Assembly: GCA_049515535.1 (NCBI GenBank)
Contig: JBEKTZ010000014.1
Span: 1-64,000 of the forward strand
Reading direction: 5' to 3'
Origin: Candidatus Aminicenantales bacterium
GTDB lineage: Bacteria; Acidobacteriota; Aminicenantia; Aminicenantales; UBA4085
Length of the DNA: 64,000 nt
Shown here: positions 19,274 to 28,041 of the stretch, piece after piece
How the letters are laid out: the number at the start of each line of letters is the position of its first letter
Position numbering within the stretch: the first letter of the stretch is position 1
Translations under genes and position numbers: made by a program
The notes under the pieces: model-generated
Database searches by the model: none
Told to the model about the DNA's origin: nothing
The model's input: the letters and a program-made list of their open reading frames with translations, nothing else

Positions 19274-21484
19274 ATGACGTCATTCCGATTTTTAGGCGCC
19301 GGACTCGTCCTCGCCGCGGCGCTCACGTTCTCCTGTCAAGGCGGGAATCCCGGCGGAGCCGAGGCCGATCGCTTGCGCGTCGAGGTCTCCGTGGACAAGA
19401 CGCGGCCGAAGCCCGGCGAGACCGTCCGGGTCAGCGCCGTCGTCAGGACATCCGACTCCATCGACGAGGTCGATCTCAAGGCGGTATTCCTCGTCCCGAC
19501 GAAAGGCCCGCGGGACCTGACCCTCAAACTGGCCAGCCGCGCGCTCGGCCTCTTCAAGGGAGAGATCCGATTGGCGGCGGACGCGCCCCAGGGGTTCTAC
19601 GGGATCACCATCTCTTCAACGAAGCCGTCCGCGCCGGTGGCGGGAAAAGCGAGCTTCGTCGTCGGCAAGGTCGTCGGCGATTTCATGATCGTAAGCGCCA
19701 TGCCGGAGACGGGGGCCGAGGCGGACACGGCGGACTATATGCGCGAATTCACGGGCATCGGCGGCAACATGCTCGTCGTCCACGACATCATCAACAAAAA
19801 AGCCTGGTATCCTTCGACCGTCTGCGCCGTCGCCGCGCAGCCGCATTCGACCGATGACCGGGTCGGGTTGACCCTCGATCTGGCCGACCGGTTCGGGCTG
19901 CCGTCGCTCGTCACGGTCGTCTGGGACACGACGAAGAAGATGCCCTATGCCGATTACATGGACAGCATGAAAGTCGTCATGAGAGAACTGTGGAGGCTTT
20001 ACGGAAGCCACCCCTCGCTCATCGGATTTTACGATTATCAAGAGGGCAGTGGAACGTATCTGGCCGGCCAAGTCCGCGAATTTTGCGACGCCGTCAAAGC
20101 CCTGAACAAGGGCCTCCTTTCCGGCTGCGCGCCCTATATCGACGACCCTCTACTGGCCGGCTATCTGGCGGCCATCGACAGCCTCGATATCGTCGTCTAT
20201 CAGGGCGCGGTCATGGCTTCCTACCGGCCGGACAACCGGAAGCTTTTTCCGGCGCGTCGGACGAAAGATTTCGCCGCCCTGTCCGCCGGGGCCATGCTTC
20301 CAAAAGGGAAGATGGCCCTCTCCCACGTCGAACTTTTCGGCTACCTGGAAAAAAGCTTCGGCGGCCGATATCTGGCCGGGCCCGAGGACGCCTCCGATCA
20401 GCTCCTGAGCGCGGCCTCCGCCTTCGGGCCGGACGGTCTCACGTTGTTCACATATCATGGCAATATCCACGCGATGGGCAAAAAGACCGCCGACGCCCGC
20501 AAGACGGGCGCGGCCGTGGAAAGCGGGCTGAAAGCCTATTCCATCCTGGCCAGGGAGGTTGCGGACGAATCCGGCCATATCGGCGTTTATATTCCTTACA
20601 GCGACTGGTGGGCGGAGAGATGGACGGAGAGCATCGTTCCGGCGCTCGACGCTTTCCGGCGGCTGGGCCTCGCGGCCGAGATCATTCCCTTCATTCCGCC
20701 CAAAGGGGAAGAGATCCTGCCCTATTATCCTTACCATATGAACGAGGAACAGCTCGAATATCTCCTCTCCCGGAAATATATCCTCGTCCTCCCGGACGTT
20801 GCCGGCATGCAGGACACGGACAGTCTTTTGCTCAAAACTTTCATCGAACGGGGAGGGACCGCGCTTTTGTTCGGCCCCCGCATTCCCTACGGCGATCTTT
20901 TCGACCGGCAGGCGCTCGTCGGAGGGGTCGAGGAGAAGGCCAAACGGCATGCGCTGATCGAGATGGGGGAGCCTCTGTTCGCCCGTGTCAAAAAGGGGAT
21001 GCGGTTCGCTTTCGGCCCGGCGGACGCGCCTTCATGGAAGCCGGGGACGGGAAAGATCGTCGCGGCGTTCGAGGACGGCTCGGCCGCGGCCCTCGTCAAC
21101 GCCTTCGGCAAGGGAGCGGTCGTCACGATCTCCCTGGATCTGGCGTCGGCCGCGAGAATCATGCCGGCCTTTGTCCGAGACGTCCTTGATTTCGCTCTGG
21201 CGCGGCACGGTTTGAAGAAGCCCTTCGATATCGACGGTCTGGCGGAAGACATGGACGTGGCGATGACGACGGGGGGCGGCGCGCCGGCCGCGGCCGTCAT
21301 GAATTACGGGCCGAGACCCGTGGACGTGTCGATCCTCCCGTTGAGCCTCGAGCCTGGTCGGACATACAGCGTCACCGACCTGAAAACGGGAGCCCGAATA
21401 AGCCGGAAGGGCAATGAATTATTCCAGCTGGCGTTCCGAGTCAATAGCCATGACTTCGTCGCGATCAAGATCAAGGGGGATTGA
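19274..21484 (+). CDS. Lipoprotein with putative glycoside hydrolase TIM-barrel and GH42-trimerisation-like C-terminus
   Basis: Lipobox-like LTFSC; YGSHPSLIGFYDYQE; LLKTFIERGGT; AAFEDGSAAALVNAFGKG. Confidence 0.6.
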   Translation: MTSFRFLGAGLVLAAALTFSCQGGNPGGAEADRLRVEVSVDKTRPKPGETVRVSAVVRTSDSIDEVDLKAVFLVPTKGPRDLTLKLASRALGLFKGEIRLAADAPQGFYGITISSTKPSAPVAGKASFVVGKVVGDFMIVSAMPETGAEADTADYMREFTGIGGNMLVVHDIINKKAWYPSTVCAVAAQPHSTDDRVGLTLDLADRFGLPSLVTVVWDTTKKMPYADYMDSMKVVMRELWRLYGSHPSLIGFYDYQEGSGTYLAGQVREFCDAVKALNKGLLSGCAPYIDDPLLAGYLAAIDSLDIVVYQGAVMASYRPDNRKLFPARRTKDFAALSAGAMLPKGKMALSHVELFGYLEKSFGGRYLAGPEDASDQLLSAASAFGPDGLTLFTYHGNIHAMGKKTADARKTGAAVESGLKAYSILAREVADESGHIGVYIPYSDWWAERWTESIVPALDAFRRLGLAAEIIPFIPPKGEEILPYYPYHMNEEQLEYLLSRKYILVLPDVAGMQDTDSLLLKTFIERGGTALLFGPRIPYGDLFDRQALVGGVEEKAKRHALIEMGEPLFARVKKGMRFAFGPADAPSWKPGTGKIVAAFEDGSAAALVNAFGKGAVVTISLDLASAARIMPAFVRDVLDFALARHGLKKPFDIDGLAEDMDVAMTTGGGAPAAAVMNYGPRPVDVSILPLSLEPGRTYSVTDLKTGARISRKGNELFQLAFRVNSHDFVAIKIKGD

Positions 21485-21567
21485 AAAAGAGCGGCGCGGC
21501 CCTTGTTTTCTGTCGGACAAGGGCTTATGGTTTGGGCGGGCGCCCCTATTTTTTCTTCCTTTTTGTA

Positions 21568-21596
21568 TTGACTTGCCCTGAAAATTCGGCTATGAT
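21568..21596 (+). promoter_or_regulatory. Sigma70-type promoter of the rpsP operon
   Basis: TTGACT-17 nt-TATGAT. Confidence 0.7.
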
Positions 21597-21630
21597 CTTA
21601 ACTCATTTTAATAGAATGGATTAACCTACC

Positions 21631-21885
21631 ATGATGACACTGCGTTTGATGAGATTTGGGGCCAAGAGCAGGCCGAGCTACCGGATCGTCGTCGTCGACT
21701 CGAAGAGACCGCGCGAAACCAAGGCCAAGGATTACATCGGCTCGTACAACCCCTTGAAGGATCCGGCGGAGATTTCCGTCGATCTGGAGAAAGCTAAGTT
21801 TTGGATCGGCCAGGGGGCGAAACCTTCGCCGACCGTGAAATCCCTTATTGAAAAGGTCTCCAAGACATCGAAACTTTCCAAATGA
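21631..21885 (+). CDS. rpsP: 30S ribosomal protein S16
   Basis: LRLMRFGAKSRPSYRIVVVDS..IGSYNP..GAKPSPTV. Confidence 0.97.
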   Translation: MMTLRLMRFGAKSRPSYRIVVVDSKRPRETKAKDYIGSYNPLKDPAEISVDLEKAKFWIGQGAKPSPTVKSLIEKVSKTSKLSK

Positions 21886-21914
21886 TGTTACTCTAAATCT
21901 TAAAGGAGGTTACT

Positions 21915-22151
21915 GTGAAAGAGCTCGTAGAATTGATTGCCAAAGCGCTCGTGGACCAGCCGGAAAAAGTGGTCGTTTCCCTGCTCGAAGGAGAACAAAC
22001 CACCATCCTGGAACTCAAAGTGGCGCCTGAAGATTTAGGCAAAGTGATTGGAAAACAGGGCCGGACCGCACGGGCGATGCGCATCATCCTCGGCGCCGCG
22101 GGCATGAAGCTGAAGCGGAGATTCAACCTCGAAATCATCGAGAAAAGCTGA
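21915..22151 (+). CDS. khpA: KH-domain RNA-binding protein KhpA
   Basis: [24 protein letters not shown]; strong AAGGAGG RBS; conserved position after rpsP. Confidence 0.95.
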   Translation: MKELVELIAKALVDQPEKVVVSLLEGEQTTILELKVAPEDLGKVIGKQGRTARAMRIILGAAGMKLKRRFNLEIIEKS

Positions 22152-22152
22152 G

Positions 22153-22664
22153 GTGCGGAGCGTCGGAAGAGTTCAGAGAAGTCACGGAAGAGAGGGAGAG
22201 CTCAAGGTCAAGCTGAGGACGGAGCTTCTGCCCGAAGGTTTTTTTTTAAGATTTTTCTGATCGAAAAAGGGGAAAACCGGGAGTTCGAGGTTGAACACCT
22301 TCTCCCTCATAAAAATTCCCATATCCTCAAGCTTCGGGGAATAGATTCCCTGGCCCGGGCCGACGATCTCGCCGGCCGGGATATTTTTGTCCCCGAGGAG
22401 GCGTTGAAGCCCGTCGAGGATGGCCGGGTTTATGATTTTGAGCTGATCGGCTGCGCCGTCGAGACGATCGGCGGGGAGCGCGTGGGGATCGTGACGGACG
22501 TGACGGCCATCGGAGAATCGACACTGCTGACGGTCGAAGGCGACCCCGGCCGGAAAGAAGTCTTGATTCCCCTCAGCCGGGAGATTTGCGTCGCGATCGA
22601 CCGGGCCGGCAAGAAGATCGTCGTCGACCCGCCGGACGGCCTTTTAGACTTGAATGAGATTTGA
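22153..22664 (+). pseudogene. rimM: Ribosome maturation factor RimM, split by a frameshift in a T9 run (possible sequencing error or slippage)
   Basis: GTG 22153 gives VGRVQRSHGREGELKV; T9 at 22239-22247; the -1 frame continues ILKLRGID..YDFELIG..EVLIP..DPPDGLLD. Confidence 0.85.
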
Positions 22665-23394
22665 TATAATCACGATCTTCCCCGAGATGTTCGAAGGCTT
22701 TCTATCGGGGGGGATCATAAAACGGGCGATCCAGAAAAGCCTGATCGAGATCAACGTGCATAATTTGCGAGATTTTACGACGGACAGGCATCGGCAGGTG
22801 GACGACCGTCCTTTCGGCGGAGAAGAGGGCATGGTCTTCAAGCCCGAGCCTATCTTCGCGGCCGTCGAGAGCATCCGGCCGGCGATGGAGCAGGCCCCGG
22901 TCTATCTCCTCTCGCCGCAAGGGAGGAGATTCGACGGGCGCTTGGCCGAGGAGATCGCCCGCCGGCCGCAGGTCATCCTCATCTGCGGCCGCTACGAAGG
23001 CGTCGATGAGCGCGTGGCGGAACATCTGGCCACGGACGAGATCTCGATCGGCGATTACGTCCTGACGGGCGGAGAGCTGGCGGCCATGGTCGTCGTCGAC
23101 GCGGCCGCGCGCTTCGTCCCGCGCGTCGTGGGCAAAGAGGAATCCGTCCGGCACGATTCGTTCTTCGAGGACCGGCTGGATTTTCCCCAGTACACGAGGC
23201 CCCGCGATTTCCGGGGAATGAAAGTCCCGCAGGTTCTCTTTTCCGGGGACCATAAAAAGATCGAAGCCTGGCGCCGGACGAAGGCGCTGGAAAAGACGCT
23301 GCGGCGGAGGCCCGACCTCCTGGCCGGGCGCGAACCGGAGCCGGATGATAGGACGCTTCCGGATCGAAACCCTCACGAAAGGAACAAACGATGA
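22654..23394 (+). CDS. trmD: tRNA (guanine-N1)-methyltransferase
   Basis: [40 protein letters not shown]. Confidence 0.97.
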   Translation: MRFDIITIFPEMFEGFLSGGIIKRAIQKSLIEINVHNLRDFTTDRHRQVDDRPFGGEEGMVFKPEPIFAAVESIRPAMEQAPVYLLSPQGRRFDGRLAEEIARRPQVILICGRYEGVDERVAEHLATDEISIGDYVLTGGELAAMVVVDAAARFVPRVVGKEESVRHDSFFEDRLDFPQYTRPRDFRGMKVPQVLFSGDHKKIEAWRRTKALEKTLRRRPDLLAGREPEPDDRTLPDRNPHERNKR

Positions 23395-23732
23395 GTTTGA
23401 TGTCATTGGTCGAAGACCAGCAAATGAAAAAGGACATGGCGCCCTTCGGGGTCGGCGATACGGTCAAGGTCCACGTCATCATCAAGGAAGGCGACAAGGA
23501 ACGCATCCAGATCTTCCAGGGCGACGTGATCTCCAAGCGCGGCCGGGGCATGAGCGCGACGTTCATCGTCCGGAAGATCTCGTTCGGCATCGGCGTCGAG
23601 AAGATCTTTCCGCTCCATTCTCCTTCCATTAAAAAAGTGGAGATCGTCCGGACGAGCAAGGTCCGCCGGGCGAAGCTTTATTACTTGCGGGACCTCAAAG
23701 GAAAGGCCGCCCGGCTCCGGGAGACCAAATAA
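23391..23732 (+). CDS. rplS: 50S ribosomal protein L19
   Basis: [30 protein letters not shown]. Confidence 0.97.
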   Translation: MSLMSLVEDQQMKKDMAPFGVGDTVKVHVIIKEGDKERIQIFQGDVISKRGRGMSATFIVRKISFGIGVEKIFPLHSPSIKKVEIVRTSKVRRAKLYYLRDLKGKAARLRETK

Positions 23733-23741
23733 TCCCTCCTC

Positions 23742-24380
23742 GTGGCCAATTTCGAGATCGAAAAATCCTTTTTCGACCGCGGATATCGGCTTATCGCGGG
23801 TGTCGATGAGGTCGGCCGGGGCGCCTTGTTCGGACCGGTCGTCGCCACGGCCGTGATTCTTCCCTCCGCCTGGATCTCGGGTGAAGGACCGCTCTGGCTC
23901 CGCCAGACCAATGACTCCAAGCTCCTCTCGCCCAAGAAACGGATGGAACTCGCCCGCTTCATCCGGGCCCAGGCCGTCGCCGTCGCCTCCGGCTTTTCGA
24001 CCAGCCTCGAAATCGACCAACAAAATATTTTCCGGGCTTCCCTGGAAGCCATGAAGAGAGCCGTGGCGCGGTTGCCGATAACCCCGGACTTCGTCCTCGT
24101 CGATGGATTCGAAATCCGGGACTGTCCCCTGCCCCAGAAGGGGATTCCAGGAGGCGATCGGAAGAGCTATTCGATCGCCGCGGCCTCGATCGTCGCCAAG
24201 GTCCTGCGCGACCGGATGATGTCGCAATACGACCGGCGATATCGGGGCTATGCGCTGGGACGAAACAAGGGCTATGGGACAGAGGCGCATTTCCAGGCGC
24301 TCGAGGGGCTCGGCCCGACGCCTTTGCACAGGAAGAGTTTTAAGCTTCAGGCGGAGAAAAAGCTCTTTTCCTCGTCATGA
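23742..24380 (+). CDS. rnhB: Ribonuclease HII
   Basis: GVDEVGRG, DSKLL, IAAASIVAKV, KGYGT, HRKSF. Confidence 0.96.
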   Translation: MANFEIEKSFFDRGYRLIAGVDEVGRGALFGPVVATAVILPSAWISGEGPLWLRQTNDSKLLSPKKRMELARFIRAQAVAVASGFSTSLEIDQQNIFRASLEAMKRAVARLPITPDFVLVDGFEIRDCPLPQKGIPGGDRKSYSIAAASIVAKVLRDRMMSQYDRRYRGYALGRNKGYGTEAHFQALEGLGPTPLHRKSFKLQAEKKLFSSS

Positions 24381-25121
24381 TTTCAGGATTTTTCCTGAGA
24401 TGATCAGGATCAGGCCGCGGTCGAGATTCGGGGGGGATTGAGAGGGCTGGAGTTTTGAAACGCCGACGACGGTCTTTTCGCCCGGTTTCATGACGAGCGT
24501 GCTCTGGATGAGGCTCGTCTTCGGCGGCCCCGAGAAGTGATATCCGAACTGAATCTCCGTCTGGATCGTCTCTTCCTTTTCATCTTTCACGTATTTCGGC
24601 TTGAGGGTCAGGGCGTATTCGCCATTCTTGCCGAGCGTCACCTGCGCGGTCTGACGTTCCATGGTCCGGACGAGATTCGCGTCGAGGAGCGAAAAACTCT
24701 TGTATTTCAAGAGCTCTTTGATTTCCTGGATGACGGGGTCGTTTTTCAGAGCTTCGTCCGTTTTTTCCTCTCCGGAAGCGGATCCCAGGACGAGCTGGAC
24801 CGTGAACAGGAGCTCCACCGGTTTCACGTCGATCTCCTTGATCAAAGCCAATATCTTCCGGACGTTTTTCGGATGGTCGCTGATGACGATCAAGCTGTTT
24901 TTGTTCGAGTCGAGAGCCGTGCCGAGGCTGCCCTCGGGGCTGCGGTAGGATTGGAGGAGGACCAGGACGTCCGCCGCGTCGATGTATTTCAGCTTGATGA
25001 TCTCTTTCTGGAGCGTGTCGGCCGCTTCGCTCTTCGGAGAACCCGGATTTTGGGCCTGGGCCGCGGCGGGCCGAAGAAGGGCCATTCCAACGATCAAGGC
25101 GACGCCCAGAATCCGGTTCAT
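24375..25121 (-). CDS. Exported protein with one secretin N-terminal (NolW-like) domain
   Basis: Signal peptide; IIKLKYIDAADV..NSLIVISDHPKNVRKILALIKEIDVKP. Confidence 0.65.
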   Translation of the reverse strand: MNRILGVALIVGMALLRPAAAQAQNPGSPKSEAADTLQKEIIKLKYIDAADVLVLLQSYRSPEGSLGTALDSNKNSLIVISDHPKNVRKILALIKEIDVKPVELLFTVQLVLGSASGEEKTDEALKNDPVIQEIKELLKYKSFSLLDANLVRTMERQTAQVTLGKNGEYALTLKPKYVKDEKEETIQTEIQFGYHFSGPPKTSLIQSTLVMKPGEKTVVGVSKLQPSQSPPNLDRGLILIISGKILKS

Positions 25122-25636
25122 TTGCCGTAGCCTTCGCCCTCGAAATTCTTATTGTAAAACCAGATGATCTTGAGGCCGGTTTTTTTCGAAACGATCGTCA
25201 CGGACGAAACGTCCGGATTGCCGGAGGGGAGGGCCGGTTGGGCGGGGTTTTGGGAAGACGCGCGGAGGCCGGCCCGCGCGTCGGTTTTCACGGGCGATCG
25301 TCCGAGAAAAAGAAACGCGCCCGCGACGATGAAGAAAAGCGCCAGCGCCCCGGCCAGGACCGGCTTGAGCGGCCCTCCCGCCCAAGCCGTCTTTCTCGCG
25401 GGTTTTTCGGCCGTGATATTTTTCAACAGGGTCCACCATTCCGCGGCGGTCCAATCCCCGGCCTCTTCGGCCCGGGCCATCGCTTTGGCGGCCCTCAGAG
25501 CGCGCTCCGTCTCGTCCGCCATCCGCCGGCAGGCCGCGCATTTTTCAAGATGCGTCCGGACCTTGGCGGCCTTTTTCGCCGAAAGCTCGTTTCCGGCCAG
25601 CAAGGCCGCGAGTTTCCCGACTTTTGTGCATCTCAT
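25118..25636 (-). CDS. Zinc-finger (HxxxCxxC) anti-sigma factor with TM helix
   Basis: HLEKCAAC, central TM segment, directly downstream of an ECF sigma factor. Confidence 0.85.
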   Translation of the reverse strand: MRCTKVGKLAALLAGNELSAKKAAKVRTHLEKCAACRRMADETERALRAAKAMARAEEAGDWTAAEWWTLLKNITAEKPARKTAWAGGPLKPVLAGALALFFIVAGAFLFLGRSPVKTDARAGLRASSQNPAQPALPSGNPDVSSVTIVSKKTGLKIIWFYNKNFEGEGYGK

Positions 25637-26205
25637 CGTTTGCCCTCCAACAGCTCAGGGTAGCGATCCTTGATTCTGACCCTGAGCTTTTTTCGCGCCG
25701 CGGACAGGTGGACCCTGACGGATATCGCGGAGCACTTCAAGATCCGGGCGCTCTCCCGGATGTCCATGTCTTCGATATCGCGCAGAAGAAAAACTTCCCG
25801 CTCCCGCGGGCTCAAGACGTCGAGGCAATCCATGAGCCGCGACCGGATTTCGCCGTCCGCCTGCCCCCGTTCCGGGTCCTCGCCCGTCGCGAGCGCCGAC
25901 GTTTTGAGCGGTTCCGACATCAGCAGGCTTTCGCGCTTCCGTTTTTTTATCTGATCATTCCGTGCGGCGTGGACCAGGATCTGAAAAATCCAGCTCTTGA
26001 AGCTCTTTTCCACGTCGAAGCGATTCAGATATTTGAAGGCCCGGAGGAACGCCTCCTGGGCCGCTTCCTTGGCGTCTTCCGGGTTGCGTGTGATGCGGTA
26101 GGCCAAGCCCAACAGAGGCTTGCGGTAGGGCGCGATCAAGGGCTCGAACGCCGAGAGATCGCCGTTCAACACGCGTTCGACCAAATCCTTCTCCTTTTCA
26201 TCCAT
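25633..26205 (-). CDS. ECF RNA polymerase sigma factor
   Basis: GDLSAFEPLI, DAKEAAQEAFLRAF, FKSWIFQI, region 4 LSPREREVFLLRD. Confidence 0.93.
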   Translation of the reverse strand: MDEKEKDLVERVLNGDLSAFEPLIAPYRKPLLGLAYRITRNPEDAKEAAQEAFLRAFKYLNRFDVEKSFKSWIFQILVHAARNDQIKKRKRESLLMSEPLKTSALATGEDPERGQADGEIRSRLMDCLDVLSPREREVFLLRDIEDMDIRESARILKCSAISVRVHLSAARKKLRVRIKDRYPELLEGKR

Positions 26206-26312
26206 TCCACACAAGAGTATATCCCCTTTCCCCTGGGATTGTTAAGCCCGAGGTATTGCCCCTCCCGAATTATAAAAAATTGACATCTTTCGAATCAGAG
26301 TGCTAATCTACA

Positions 26313-26556
26313 CGCGTCCATGAGACCATTCTTTAGCGGGCCGTCAAGGAAGCTGTTCATAAGGCCAACGTGGTCAAACATGTCGGCTGTCATGTATTCC
26401 GGTATGCTTTCGCCACCCACCTGCTTGAAGCAGGCTATGACATTCGAACGATCCAAGAGTTGATGGGACATAAAGACATCAGCACGACCATGATTTACAC
26501 CCATGTCTTGAATAAAGGGAGGCCGCGGAGTCCGAAGCCCGGTTGATAGGCTTTGA
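26313..26556 (+). pseudogene. intI: Integron integrase C-terminal remnant
   Basis: [67 protein letters not shown], then a frameshift to [14 protein letters not shown] at 26334-26336; N-terminus absent. Confidence 0.92.
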
Positions 26557-26558
26557 CT

Positions 26559-26726
26559 CGGTTTATACGGTCTGTATAAACCGGGAAGCTCGGTGCTAAA
26601 AGATGGAGGTAAGCAGTTGAAATGAAAGGCAATGGACGAAAAGACAGGAAAAGGGAGAGATTTCTTATACGGAAAGGGATAGTCTGTATTTCCAGAATTA
26701 TACAGACTGTATAATCATTGTTAGCA
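26559..26726 (+). other. Putative attI region (crossover G/TT at 26720-26722)
   Basis: GTTAGCACCC at 26720 is the exact complement of GGGTGCTAAC in attC1; preceded by an L-box-like TGTATAA with 5-nt spacer and TATAC-N5-GTATA palindromes. Confidence 0.75.
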
Positions 26727-26739
26727 CCCCAGGAGAATC

Positions 26740-27198
26740 ATGCGATATCTTGCAGTCCTTTTTGCCACATTAGTTCTCGCAGCCTGCAGCACGGCTCCAG
26801 TCACGCGCAGTGAACCCCCGGCGGTGAGGGCCACTCATGTACTTGCTCCTGAACTGCAGAAAGCGTCAGTAGATTCAGTCGTACAATTCTTGCTTACAGC
26901 AGCCGCTACTGATTTTCATACCCACCGCCCACCAGATCCTGTCCGCTTTCGTGATGTGCGCATTGGGCACGTTATGACTCCCAGTGGAGAAGAGCAATAC
27001 ATGTTGTGCGGCCAGTTTCTGCCAGCGCAGGAAGGAGGCAACGCTGAGTGGACGCCTTTCGCGACGATCAAGACGTCGGGTTACGAACAATGGATCGGGG
27101 CTCAAGCCGCGGGCTTTTGCCAGGACTCATCGGTCATATGGGACAAGGTGGGCGATTTGTCGTCCTCGCTGCAGAGCCGACTCGATTCTCTGCGATAG
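26740..27198 (+). CDS. Cassette 1: hypothetical lipoprotein
   Basis: AGGAG RBS; lipobox LAAC; ends just before attC1. Confidence 0.85.
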   Translation: MRYLAVLFATLVLAACSTAPVTRSEPPAVRATHVLAPELQKASVDSVVQFLLTAAATDFHTHRPPDPVRFRDVRIGHVMTPSGEEQYMLCGQFLPAQEGGNAEWTPFATIKTSGYEQWIGAQAAGFCQDSSVIWDKVGDLSSSLQSRLDSLR

Positions 27199-27227
27199 GG
27201 TACAGGAAGATGCTTCCAGGGCATGGG

Positions 27228-27287
27228 TGCTAACAATTCATTCAAGCCGACGCCGCTTTGCGGCGCGGCTTAATTCAGGCGTTCGGG
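27228..27287 (+). other. attC site 1 (60 bp, aadA/Xanthomonas-type)
   Basis: TGCTAAC..TTCAAGCCGACGCCGC/GCGGCGCGGCTTAA..GTT with extrahelical bases. Confidence 0.95.
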
Positions 27288-27298
27288 CATGAAGAGGA

Positions 27299-27829
27299 AT
27301 GACCATGTCTCTACTCGGTGAAGAAGTTGTGGAAGAGTGGTTGAACCGGAATGGCTACTTCACCATTCGTGGAATCAAAATCGGAGTGGACGAAATCGAT
27401 ATCTTGGCCATCCGGCCATGCCCCGACGGCAAGTACGAGTGCCGGCATATCGAGGTCCAAGTCTCGATCAACCCAATCTCCTATATCACAAAGGTGCCCG
27501 CGGCCATCCGGAAACAGACCGGCATCGGCCCTCACAACGCGAAGAGGCGAGATGTGGCGCAGTTGAGGCAAGGCGTTTATGAATGGATCGAGGCCAAATT
27601 CAACCTGCCTCGCAAGGTGCAGTTGAGGAAATCCCTTTGCCCAGGTTCATGGTCAAGGGAACTTGTGGTTGGGAGCATCAAGCACGAGGAGGAACTCGAT
27701 CTGCTGAGACAAGCTGGAGTCACAATCCACCGACTAAAAGACGTTCTATCGGAGATGATCGAGAAACGAACGGCCGTCAAGGCGGCGGCCGGGGCCGATC
27801 TCTTTGATCTTATGCTGCTGAGGAAGTAG
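27299..27829 (+). CDS. Cassette 2: PD-(D/E)XK restriction-endonuclease-like protein
   Basis: LGEEVVEEWLNRNGY..EIDILAIR..HIEVQVS (E..D..ExQ variant); alternative start 27305. Confidence 0.65.
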   Translation: MTMSLLGEEVVEEWLNRNGYFTIRGIKIGVDEIDILAIRPCPDGKYECRHIEVQVSINPISYITKVPAAIRKQTGIGPHNAKRRDVAQLRQGVYEWIEAKFNLPRKVQLRKSLCPGSWSRELVVGSIKHEEELDLLRQAGVTIHRLKDVLSEMIEKRTAVKAAAGADLFDLMLLRK

Positions 27830-27833
27830 GAAG

Positions 27834-27909
27834 CCTGAACCAGCGCCAGCAGTAGGATTGCCTACAACGCTGGCGCGCTTTCGGCAACCGCTGAGGCGCG
27901 CCGTTAGAC
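27834..27909 (+). other. attC site 2 (76 bp)
   Basis: GCCTGAAC pairs (one G:T) with cassette start GTTCGGGC; inner TTGCC/GGCAA stem; ends GTTAGAC. Confidence 0.8.
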
Positions 27910-28041
27910 GCGCCCGCGCACACCACGGCGGGAGGTTCTTGTACCTAATGAAGGTGAACTATTGTCCTTCAATAGCCGAGCTGTCATGCGCTTGCCATTA
28001 GGTTGCCCGACTATACAAAGCATTTTATGGAGGCAAATCCG

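Noticed and set aside
26280..26306. CIRCE (HrcA) operator
   Set aside because: Right arm GAGTGCTAA is perfect but the left arm TTGACATCT matches only 4/9 and no chaperone gene follows; better read as a possible TTGACA promoter
26295..26504. 69-aa minus-strand ORF
   Set aside because: Antisense shadow of the intI remnant
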